In this document: positions 49,521-60,295 of the stretch, one piece after another
Layout: the number at the start of each line of letters is the position of its first letter
Position numbering within the stretch: position 1 is the stretch's first letter
Source of the DNA: Lama glama
Taxonomy: Eukaryota
Length of the DNA stretch: 64,000 nucleotides
Assembly: GCA_028534125.1 (NCBI GenBank)
Contig: CM052818.1
Location: 42,038,001 to 42,102,000 of the forward strand
Direction of reading: 5' to 3'
Notes under the pieces: generated by a model
What the model was told of the DNA's origin: nothing
What the model saw: the letters and a program-made list of their open reading frames with translations, nothing else
The model's database searches: none
Program-made: the position numbers and the translations under genes

Positions 49521-50449
49521 ATCATGGCTAGGGAGTGTATGAGAACTAAATGATGTCTAGGGTTAGTTGCGCTCCCTCTTCCACGCTGTGCCTCTTCCTG
49601 ACCCCTCTAGGGGCTGACAGGGCCATGCTCTCAGGAGAAGTAGGACGCCGTCGGCATGGGAGCCGGACCCTGCTCCCAGGAGGTCACACCTTCATTCTCT
49701 CCCCAGAGAGATGCTCTCCCCTCCGCCATGAGGACCTTGCTTCAAACACAGGGATCTGTGCCCCGGGTGGCATGAGAACCTCCACGGGGCCAAAAATGTG
49801 TTTCTGCAGCCAGGAGAGCAACCCACATGCAGCAAAATCCTTGTCATAAAGTCACAATAGAACATTCCACAGATTTCACAGACATGGTCTCAGCTAACCT
49901 TTACTGCTCAGAAAAACAAGTCAGAATCTCCTTCCCATTTTATACCTGACGAGACTGTGGCCCAGTGAAGAGAGAAACTGCCTGTGATGTCACAGTGAGT
50001 CAGAGACAGAATGAAGACCAGGACCTGGGTCAGAGCCCACTTAACCCCAAGCCATCCCTGGTCGCGGGACAGCGCCTCCCCTCCCTTCTCTGAGGTAAGA
50101 AAGTTGAGCAGAACCATCCGGAAGCACTAGCAGGCACCTCCTGAGAGGGTCTGAGGTGATGTCCTTCTCAAGTTTTTATCAGCATCCTCCCTCCCTTGGT
50201 CCCAAAGGCTGGACTATCCCTTGGGAACCTGAGAGCTTAGAGGGTCACAGCCTCCTGGACCCTTCTCTGCCTCCATCTGTTTCCCCCCAGAGCTCTTCCT
50301 CTGGTCTCCCATGGGCCACACCTCCCATAAGCATGCCCTCCCTCCCCCGGTTTCCCAGGCTGGGCTCTGTGAAGCCCCTCCACCTCCTGGCACAGCCCGC
50401 AGCCCCTGCCTTCCCTGCCTGCTCCTGTAGAGGATGAAGGGGGCCATGG

Positions 50450-50590
50450 GGTGCCATTTAAAGAGCACTGGACAGAGAGTCCAAAGGCCTGGTTCTAATC
50501 TCAGCTCCACCACTGCCGCCTTCCTGTGTGACCCTGGGGAACCGCCTCACTTCTCTGGGCTTCACGCGCCACATCTTTAAAAGTAGATTC
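50450..50590 (+). mobile_element. MIR SINE fragment
   Basis: aaagagcactggacagagagtc...ctggttctaatctcagctccaccact...ctgtgtgaccctggg. Confidence 0.8.
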
Positions 50591-51119
50591 AGCCGAGGTA
50601 GCCCTGAAGGCCCATTAGGACGTCCAGCCCCAAATCACACCAATGGGCCTTCGTTCTGTCTCCTCGGCCCTAACACCCACTCCCTCTGGTGTTTACGAGA
50701 AGAAGCCTAGGGTGGGGTTCATGGTGCTTTCAGGCACTACAGCCAAAACTCTCCTGGGAGACACAATGGTTTAAACCAACGGAGTCCACCTGAGTCTGAC
50801 AGTCATTTCTCACAGGTAGCAATCCTGTGGCCCAAATGTGGCTGACAGTGGACAGGCTGGGGTGGACTGACTACGGTGGGGACTATGGAAGTCAGGGCTA
50901 GCTAGCCTGCGGTACTGCCCTTACCCCTGCCGCACGTGCCCGCGGGGCCACCAGCGAGTCACCCGTTGCGCCTGGCGCTCAGCCACCTGCTCTGGAAGGT
51001 GCGCGGGCTGGGCTAGAGAATTTCCTGGAGCTTTTTTCCTCGAACCTGCTGTGTCTCTAAGGCAGATGCATAAAGTGCTGTGTGTGGTTCCCTTGAATCT
51101 ATTCCCCTTTTGTTGTTGT

Positions 51120-51475
51120 TCGTTTTTTTTTCCTAACAGGTTTATTGAGATGTGATGCACGTACCATACAATCCACCCACTTCAAGCGTAGGGTTCAGCC
51201 GTTTTTAGAATATTCACAGAGTTGTGCAATCATCCCAGCAATCAGTTTTTGAACGTTTTCATCCCCCCAAAAAGAAACGCCATCCATACCCATTCGCAGT
51301 CACTCCCCATTTCTCCCCTACCCCCACGTCCTGCCTAGGCGCCCACAAATCCACTTTCTGTGTCTGTGCATTTAACGGTTCTGGACATTTCCTATCAGTG
51401 GAATTCCACGATACACGTTCTTTGGTGCCCAGTTTCTCTCACTTAGCATAGCGTGTTCGAGGTTCATCCCCACTG
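51120..51475 (-). mobile_element. L1MB-like 3' end
   Basis: tttattgagatgtgatgcacgtaccatacaatccacccact...atattcacagagttgtgcaatcatc...catcccccc aaaaagaaac...ttctggacatttc. Confidence 0.88.
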
Positions 51476-51894
51476 CCTCGTGTCTCTCCTGCCTTCTCTG
51501 TCTCCTGGGCTCACCTGCCTGCTCGCAGTGGGGCTGCAGCCCGAGGAGGCCAGTGACTCACCTCTTTGTCGAGGCTTCCCAAACCCCAGGCTGCCCGCCG
51601 CTCTGGAATGTTCCCTCCACTGCCTGCTCAGACAGCCGGCACAAAGTCCCCCCCCACCCCGCCCCGGCCCAGCCCCCTGCCTCCTGCCCCAGGAAATACA
51701 TTTCTCAGTTCTTTCCACAATTTGAAAGGTTTTAAGACAAACTGACCTGCTGTTGACAGCACTAATTCCTTTCTTCCTCTCCAATGCTCCTGTCTCTTCT
51801 CTCTTTTTTTTCCCTAAGGGAATTTTGGTTTTTTGATGTTGCGTGTGTGGGTTTTCTCCCTGCCTCCAGCTGTCACTTTGGTATGGGGATTGAT

Positions 51895-52075
51895 GCTGAG
51901 GAGCACTTACTGGCTCCCACTATATTCCAGGTGCCTCATACACAGTATCTCATTGACTCTCCGTGGGGCAGACATCATTATCCCCATTTTATAAATGCAG
52001 ACGCTGAGGCTCAGGGAGACACTGGGATTTCCCAGGGTCACCTCCAGTGCATGGTGGGTCAGAATCAGACCATTG
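51895..52075 (-). mobile_element. MIR SINE
   Basis: cattatccccattttataaatgcagacgctgaggctcaggga...tcccagggtcac. Confidence 0.8.
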
Positions 52076-53459
52076 TCTGTTTTGCTTATTTTGCCTCCTG
52101 GGGGACCAACGTTGGTGACCAACGCTAGTGGTGGTTCGGACAATTTCTCCCAATGCCTTAAACAAGATCAGACACACTGCAGACTCCTGGGACAGTCACT
52201 GCAGTATACATTTGGACATGTTGTTCCAAGAAGGCCACCTAATATCCTCCCTGCAAGAAAGAGGCCACAAGAATATCTTTATTAATGTAAGTTCAGAGGG
52301 AGGAGTTTCATGATCTGTTTCTTAGCACTTTGTTATAATCATTAATGAAATAAACCATTGATACGCTTATTACATAGCTCTCTGCACTTTGTTCCTGACT
52401 CTGAAGCCTTTAATGGCTCCCTATTGCCTAAAGAAGCGCTTTCAAGCTTCCTTCATGTTGCAGAAAAGGCCCTTCTTGATCAGGGGAACTACTTTCTCTG
52501 ATACAGGGTTCCCGTGATGCCTTCCCCAATCCTCATTGTTCACTTCTCAAAATCTTTCAAAAAAATAAGATGAGGTGAAAATATTTATCAACTGAATTAA
52601 GTACATATGATGCACTGGACTACAAGCTGGGGTCAGAGAAGAACTGGGCCACGTGGCTCCTCACGGCAGAAAAGTGAGCTAAGGCCATGTCCCGGCGCGC
52701 CGGCCAGAGAGCGATGCCGAGTTTATCAGTGCGTGCTCAGACCTGCGTGCTAGATCTCAAAGCACGGATCTGCAGCCAAGTAGGCGGCAAGGTGCAGAGG
52801 TGGTTAACCAGCCAGGCCCCGCTGGTAGCCTGCACGTCACCGGTGGCGCAGCTGGTAGCAGAGCTGCGGCGGAGGGTGAGAACGCAGCTGTGGATCTGTG
52901 AGAGGCAGCCCCGGTGAACACGGCTCCGACTCCAGGGAGCCTGGATCTGATGGGGACGGGGCGGGGATGTGGGAGACCTGCTGAACCAGAGCTCCAGCAG
53001 GAGCGGTGACATCTCAACAGCTCTTCTCCAGAGCTGAGGCCCCTGAAGACGGAGGTCTCCCGCCAGGCAGCCAGCTCAGCCAGCCCAGAGACTAGGGACA
53101 GCATTAAGTCATCTGTTTTCACCATCTGCAGTCCTACCTGTGTTTTTCTCTCTCCCTATACACCCCTCAGTAGACAATTCCTGACTGTCATCCCTCAGGA
53201 ACTTCTGGTTTCAGAGCCAGGATCTGTAGCCAGGCCAGGGAGGAAGGACAGGGGACCTCAAGGGACTCGGGGGGCTGCCGGAGCCCACACTTTGGTTAAG
53301 CTCTTCCTTTCCAGCGGGGCCTGGAAATCCCCATTCCTACTGCGTCCCTGCAAAGCCCTCTGCGGTCCTTCCAGGCCAGACTTCCGGCTGCCCTGGGATG
53401 CCCCCAGCTCTGTCTCCCTGCGCTCCCACCCTTACCTCCTGGAACCATGGCGAGAAACA

Positions 53460-53620
53460 TGGGCCAGAGTCAGACCAGAGGGTTCGAGGCTCAACGCTGC
53501 CACTTACTCTCTATGACTTAGTTAACCTCTCTGAGCCTCAATTTTCCTCTAGTTAAAAATAATTGACCTTTTAAGAGTAAAAACATAACCCTGACATTTG
53601 CAATGTGGTCTCCACAAATG
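53460..53620 (+). mobile_element. MIR SINE fragment
   Basis: gagtcagaccagagggttcga...ctgccacttact...ttaacctctctgagcctcaattttcctc. Confidence 0.8.
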
Positions 53621-55689
53621 GGGAGACAAGATCCGATATCTTGTCGCACTGCCCACCTAGAGCAGCAGTTATCTGGGTTAACGATCAGAAACAACACCCA
53701 TTAAGGGCCTGCTCAGGGCAAGCAGGGCGTGTTTGTCTTCCCATCCTGTCCTCCACCCTTCACACCCGCCTGTCCTTGGTCATCGCTCCTGGTCCCTGCC
53801 TGGAACTCCAGCTGATTCAGTGCCCTCAAGGCCCTGGGGCTTTTCTAGGACAGGGATAGGGTTAGGAAGCCAGCACCATAGCTCCCCCTACTTGAATTTC
53901 TTTCTGTATTTTTTTCATAGCAAATGAGGCCCAGTTATTAACAGACTGTGCAGGTTTCAGAGTTAGCATTTGGCAAAGAGTTTAGTGGCATTTGATTCTC
54001 CTGCTAACCCGGTGGTAAGTTCAGTTCATCAAGTGTTTGTTGAGTGAATGAATGAGGGAGTATAGACACCTTCAAAGTCCTCCTCACCCCAGGCCAGCTG
54101 GTCTGATGCTCTTCTGAGGATTTTGAAGGTGACCCCAAGCTGGGCCCTGTTGGTGGTCTCTGATGTTGATCAAGAAGAGCCAGCAGGCCTCTCCTGTGCC
54201 CTCCCTCTGTCCGTACCCTTCCCACCACCGGGCCCTGCCTCCTCCGGGCCCATTCACACAAGAGCCCCTAGTCATTTCCTATAGGGCCCTGGATCAGCTG
54301 ACCCCAAGAACGACACAGCCAACAGCCTCCTCCTCATTAGCACAGGCAGGTCTGCCACCCAGATACCCTGCCACGCTCAGAAGATGCTCACAGCCACTTT
54401 AACGTTTTTAAACGCTGCCCTGGCCCCACACGTTACATCTAAAATGATGCTGTTCTGACTGGGTGAACAATTCTTTTCTTTCTCCCTAGAATGGAATTTG
54501 CAATGTGTGTTCTCAACCCATCCCCCTCGGACTTGAGAGTAATGAAGTCTGGGCCTGCCTGCTTCTTCCAGCAAAGCTGGCCTGATCCAAGGACAGTCAT
54601 TAACTTATTTTTCTAAGTAATCCTCTGCTGAAAGCTGTGAGCCGCCTGAGGTGGACCAGAGGGATGAGAGCAGAGTTGGCAAGTACCAGAATCCTGGACC
54701 TGCAGCAACTGCCAGGACAGACAGCTTCCCCAGCAGAGGGAGGAGCACGGAGATGTGGGCTCGCTCCCAGACAGGACACAAATAGCCGTTTCAAACTAAG
54801 CTGCGCTTGTATCAGATGCTTTTGTCACTGCCTGGGGGGTATTTAATCAGCCCGATATTCACTCACATTCAGATCCTTGTTGTCAACAGGGGCTTCCCGA
54901 CTTATCAAGTCAGATTAACAATGGAAGCAGCCTGTAACCTGTGTTCTAGAACACACAGTTTATTACACACCCTACCTCAAATCCTGAACACTGGTCCAGC
55001 ACCCAGAGTTATTTGACCAGGGGCTTGGAGGCCTTCCTCAGTTGACTCTTCCCCGCTGGGTCTTTCTTCAACCCCAGCTCCTTTCTTATCATCCCCGAAT
55101 CCTATTAGGCTCCTGTGAGGCAAAAAACACTTGCACCAGCTGTTCCTTTACCTGAAGCATCCTTCCCACTTTTCTGACAACAGATTCACACTTTCATATA
55201 TCCCGGCAAGAGTTTGCTGTTCCCGAACACCTACCTCTGTTCCACCACGAAGCGTGTTGAAATTAATTGTGTGATGGGGGCTCTCCCCCCAGGCCCCCTC
55301 CTGTGCAGCTGGCTCCCTCATCTCTGTTCCCCTGGAGCCTGCGCATGGTAGGTCTTGAGGTTGTGTTCATTTGGTCAAAGGAAGACAAAATGACTCATAC
55401 TTGTCTCTTTGGTCTAGGTGCTGTGACAAGATGCTGTCACCTGCAGTGGCAAGAACGAAAGGTAAGCTTCAAGGTCCTCAATGAGCACATGGAGATGTGA
55501 ACTTATAAAAATTAAGTAAGAATCAGCCATAGTTAAAATAAAATACAGTACAAAAAAAAATACAGGGCGATTCGGGGCAGGGCTCCAGTCTTGGGTGGCT
55601 TATGACAGTTTCCAGGAAAGGACTTATGCATGCATGCAAAGGAGCCACACTTCACACAGAGTATGTGCCCCTGGCCAAATGAGCACACA

Positions 55690-55820
55690 GGTGGTCAGGG
55701 AAGGCTTCCTGGAGGAGGTGGGTCTTGAGCAGATCTTGAAGGATGGGCAGGACTCAGAGATAGAGAGGCACTTCAGGCACAGGGAACAGCATGAGCACAG
55801 CAGAGAGTCGGGAAAGTAAG
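55690..55820 (-). mobile_element. L2 fragment
   Basis: ggtggtcagggaaggcttcctggaggaggtg...cttgaaggatgggcagga...ttcaggcacagggaacagcatgagcaca. Confidence 0.8.
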
Positions 55821-56244
55821 TTCAGAAAACTGCCGCCACCCCAAAAAAAATGTTAGCTTAATAGAGGGTTCTATGAGCTGAGAACTTACTGTGGGGCTTT
55901 TGTGTTTTCTTTTTTTAATTTTTTAAATGATATAAGCAGAGCTTCAGGGCCTGATCGAGGGTGACGTCACTCCCACCAACCTTTGTCCTGGTCAGCTGTT
56001 TGTGCACCCCGGAAATGCAAGTGGTAAAGCAAATTGTTTCTTAATACTTTGGTTTCAGTTTAATTTGAGATATTTCTGCCTAAGATTCTTCAGTACCCTT
56101 TGCTCAAGTGTAAGGCAGTGGGGGCAGCGAGAGGGGAGTAGAAACAACATAACCCCGATAGATTCAACTTCAAAGCCAGACTCCACTTTTTCCAGCCATG
56201 AGGCCTTGAGCATCACCACCACTATCATCACCATCACCATCACC

Positions 56245-56430
56245 AGTACCATTTACCTAGTGCTGATTTTGTGCCAGGCACTCTTCTAAGCTTCTGCAAC
56301 AACCCTGTGCTATTTATTATTCCCACTTTACAGATGGGAAAACTGAGGCACAGAGAATAGGTAACCTTCCCCAAGTCATCTGTAGATAATGGTGGCCGTG
56401 CTGGGATTTGAATCCAGGTAATTTCACTCC
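56245..56430 (-). mobile_element. MIR SINE preceded by a CAC/CAT-rich simple repeat (~56212-56245)
   Basis: tgtgccaggcactcttctaag...tattcccactttacagatgggaaaactgaggcacagaga...ctgggatttgaatccagg. Confidence 0.88.
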
Positions 56431-57670
56431 ATAATCCTCACATCGACATATTATGAGTCTCAGTCACCTCATCTATAAAATGAGGAAGACAATCAATATG
56501 CATTAGTTGATGTTATGACGTCACATGAAGTTGTATCACTCCCTGAGTGCTCCTGAGAGTGAAAACAAAAGCCCCTTTGATGTTTCCAGAAGCATCACCT
56601 TCTCCTGCTTCTCAAGTGATTTAGATCCCATCAAAGCATGAGCAGACTTTCTGGAGGGAAAAATCATCCTTTGCACTCACTCGCCGTTCACTTTTTTCTT
56701 CTTAAGCATGTTTCTAGGAAGCCATTCCGTACATTTACCAATTCCCTGCTACCCACAAATTCTTTTCATCTTCCAGCCCTCAACTGTCTCAACATGCAGC
56801 CTTTGATGGGCAAACATGCAAACATCTCAGAGAATTCCAGCACAGAAGCCTCAGTGGGACTTTTCCAATTTCTCCTTTTTCACAGAAAACTGCTTCCCCC
56901 GCCCCCAGGAAAGCTTCCTGGAGGAGGCAGGGACTGTTTTAGACTAATGAGGACTGGAGTTTGCCTGGCAGGGGAGGTAGAAAGTTTATATTAAGACCAG
57001 CAAGCCTCTCTATTCCAGATCTTACCTGAAAAGTCCCCCTCTGAAAAAAGTGGTGGAGTAGGGTTTGGCAGGCATTGGAATCTTTTGCAAGCAAAGACAC
57101 GTTCCTTTCATGTATAGAATTTGATGCCTCCAATAATAACACACATGAAAATTGGTAGCATTTTTTTCTTATTGCCTACTATGCACCGAGCACTGTTCGA
57201 GGTCACTCGCAGACATTTTAATGGAATGATTACAATCTATGGATGAAGCACTCTTCCAAGGCCCTCCCCACCCCCAGTTCACATCTGAGGAAACTGGCAT
57301 CTCCCTTCCTTCAGTGACCTTATAAATAAACAACGCGCGGTGCCTGGTACAGGAAATGCTCCGTGTCTCAGGGAAAATCATTCACCAAGACAAGCACGGA
57401 TGTTACGAGCACTTGGCGGCGGAATATATTATCACCAGCTCGAGCATGACAATGCTCAGCTACCCCAGGCCAGGAAGTGTAAGCACAGGGATGAATGGGT
57501 ACGTTTTCCCACGCCTCCCTTGCCTGCTCCCAAGGGCTGAGGCTGCCCATAGAGAGAATTTGACCTCCTCCTCTGCTCCCTGGGGAAAGGTCACAGCCTG
57601 GCTGCATCCACAAAGCACAAGGAGAATGGGCAGGTGGCCCGCCCAGCGACGGAGCACGTAGTGTGGGGAT

Positions 57671-57688
57671 GTGTGTGTGTGTGTGTGT
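57671..57688. repeat. (GT)9 microsatellite
   Basis: read directly. Confidence 0.9.
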
Positions 57689-57792
57689 TGTTTACTACGG
57701 TGTTCCCAGTGCCCAGATTCATGCCTGGCACACAGCAGGCTCCTTATGGGTACTTCTGGAATGAATGAATGAATGAATGAATGAATGAATGA
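57689..57792 (+). mobile_element. L2 3' end with an expanded (GAAT)8 tail at 57759-57790
   Basis: tcccagtgcccagattcatgcctggcacacagcaggctc followed by the gaat repeat. Confidence 0.85.
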
Positions 57793-60295
57793 CGTAACTT
57801 GCTCATGAGCAATCAGCTAGCAGAGTTGGAATTTGAACCCAAATTTACCTCTTGAAGTCTATCAGAGCAGCTACCTGAAGATGCTTCACCTGTCAAGGAG
57901 ACACGATGAGCCAGTCAGCCTCATGAGCAGCATGGTCTCGTGACCAGAGCACTTGACAAGGTATCTGGAGACCCAGGCCCTGGTCCTGCCACAACCTGCC
58001 TGGCTGTGCACCATTGGGCATGCCCCTTCTCCTGTGTGGTCCTCACTTTACCCATGCATGGAATTCTTAATGCCTGCCTGCTCCCACAAAGAGAGTCCAT
58101 GAGATAAGGCATAGAAAAGCTTTATCAATTGTAGGGGCAAAGTGAATATCAATTGAACCAAGCCTCCCTGGACTGCAGTCTCCCCGTCTGCAAGCGAGTG
58201 TGCAGTAGGCACTGCCAGCTCTCACGTGCTGGCATTTCCATTGGTCAGCAGGGCCTTCATGCTGCACGACTCCAAGGCCACTTCGTCACATAGATGTATA
58301 ATCTACATGAATTCCTGCACTCCCGACCCCCATGAATTGGTCAGTGCCCAACCCGCACAACTGAACGCAGCTGTTCTGGATCAGGGTCTGTTTTTGACAC
58401 GAACATGAACTCAGAATTACAGTGGGCAAGTAAATAGAAAAGCTGCCCCCTGCTCCCAGGAGCTCTCAGAGAGAAGACAGATTTCCTGAGAGCAGGGCTG
58501 GTGAATTCTCCCTGGACCTGACCTGGCAGGCTGCCTGCAAAATGGCCCAACAGATCAGAGGACCAGAGGAAGGTTCTGCACCAGAAGACAAATTCTAGGG
58601 TCTAGACATGATTTTTCTCCATCCTCCAAACCCAGGGCTGTGCCCTGCTTTTCTTCTCACGCAAGGATGGCTGTCCTCAGATCGGTGGGAGAGGGTGGGA
58701 GAGGCTGGGAAGAAGAGGTTCTCACCCTGGTTGCTGACTTCTGCTCCCCATCCCTCCTCTGCACAGAGCCGCACAGTGTGGCTGAGAGAGCTCAGAGTCA
58801 ACCATTCGGGCCCTGAGAGCGTAAGAGCAGAGGGGCCCAACAGGGTCACAAGACTTGCAAGACAAGCTCTCAGCGCCAAACCGGCTTGTCGTCACTCCTA
58901 GCGCCTGGTCCTTCTGTTGCCCCGTAACAGACTCTTGTGACAGCTGGACTTAACTGGAATGCCCAGGGAGGAAATTTGCCCCCCTGCCAAACCATCAAAA
59001 CAAATTAAAACAGTAAAAAAATCCTTTCATTGGCCCGTGGGGTGGGATGGCTGGAATCTGGGAAAAAGGCTGCAGGTGGCGTCTTTGGTGACACCACCGT
59101 TCACCCTGGGGGTCCCGGCCCCCACATCGTACTCTCTGGGGGGCCTCGGCCCTGACATAGTCCATCACACCTTCCGTCTCACTGCTCGGTGCTTTCCACA
59201 CCTGTTCTGACACGGATCACTCTGATCACACCGGCCTGCATCCATGTCACCTCCCGCACGGTGTCCTCAGCTCCCGGAGGGAAGAAACCGATGCTTGTTC
59301 AGCCATGACCCCAGGGCCACGCAGAGAGGTGAAGGCTCAGCTCTGCCCACCCTGGGTGACATCCTGCCCGTCTGGGCCCGCGGCCCCCAAGTCAGGTGCA
59401 AACCTCAGCCCAACCCCCGCCCTGCCTTGCACCGGTGCCCCCCGGGCTGGCTCGACATCAAGGTTCCACTCCAAGGGCCCCTCGAAGCCTTCGCATGTGG
59501 CCCAGGGTCCAAGCCCCTCATTAGGCAGTGGCAGCTCTCACGTAAGCCCTTTAATGTGGTGCAATGGCATTTTTCAGGCTTCTTTTCAGAAGGAAAAAGT
59601 TAATAATGTGAAAGCTTTATTACCTCTCTTGTCCCCCCCTCCGAGACATGCCCTTCGGTCGTGCAATATGGGGCTAGTTAAGGCCGCAGCCCCGGGATTT
59701 CCTTCTCTCGGGGAGTCGTGTAATTACACACACGGTAAAGTGGCAGCACTCCCAGCCTCCACCTCGGAGGCTGGAGGAGGCTGGCTAGGTGTTGGCCGCC
59801 CTGCCCGGGTCTGCAAAGCAGAAACATATGGGGAATCCATTACCTGCTCTACAAAGGAGGCGGCCCTGCTAATAAACGTATTTACTGGGTTAAATAAATA
59901 CGCTGAGGGTTGTTAAAAGCCTGGCCTGTGACTTCAAGTCCCCAACATTTTTCACTTGTCAGAAAGGGGCTTTTGGAAGCTTTCAGGCGGCCTGCCTTCC
60001 TGCCCATGTTTATGCATCCACTGTGCCCCCTCGGCTCCTCCTGACCACGGGGAAAGAAAGGGTCTTTGTCTAGCGGCGTGGAGACCCTACGGCTGGGCAG
60101 GCGGATACACACAGGCTGTGTGTGCCGGGGGCCTGGGGAGCGGGGATGCTGCCTGGAGCGGGTACAAGGGGGAGCTGTGCGGAAAGACATCTTTCCACGG
60201 CGATGTGTCGTCTGAGGAGAAGGCTCAGGCCAGATTTTAAAAACAGCATTCGCCAACATGACAGCAGTGTGTGATAGAGGCCCACTGCTGTAGCC

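Noticed and set aside
52687..52917. ATG ORF with good Kozak-like context (gccATG)
   Set aside because: A 76-aa peptide with no recognisable family; kept only as a CpG-patch observation.
59305..59916. 203-aa ATG-initiated ORF
   Set aside because: No recognisable homology or exon structure, with a Pro/Ala/Gly/Ser-rich composition typical of spurious GC-rich ORFs.
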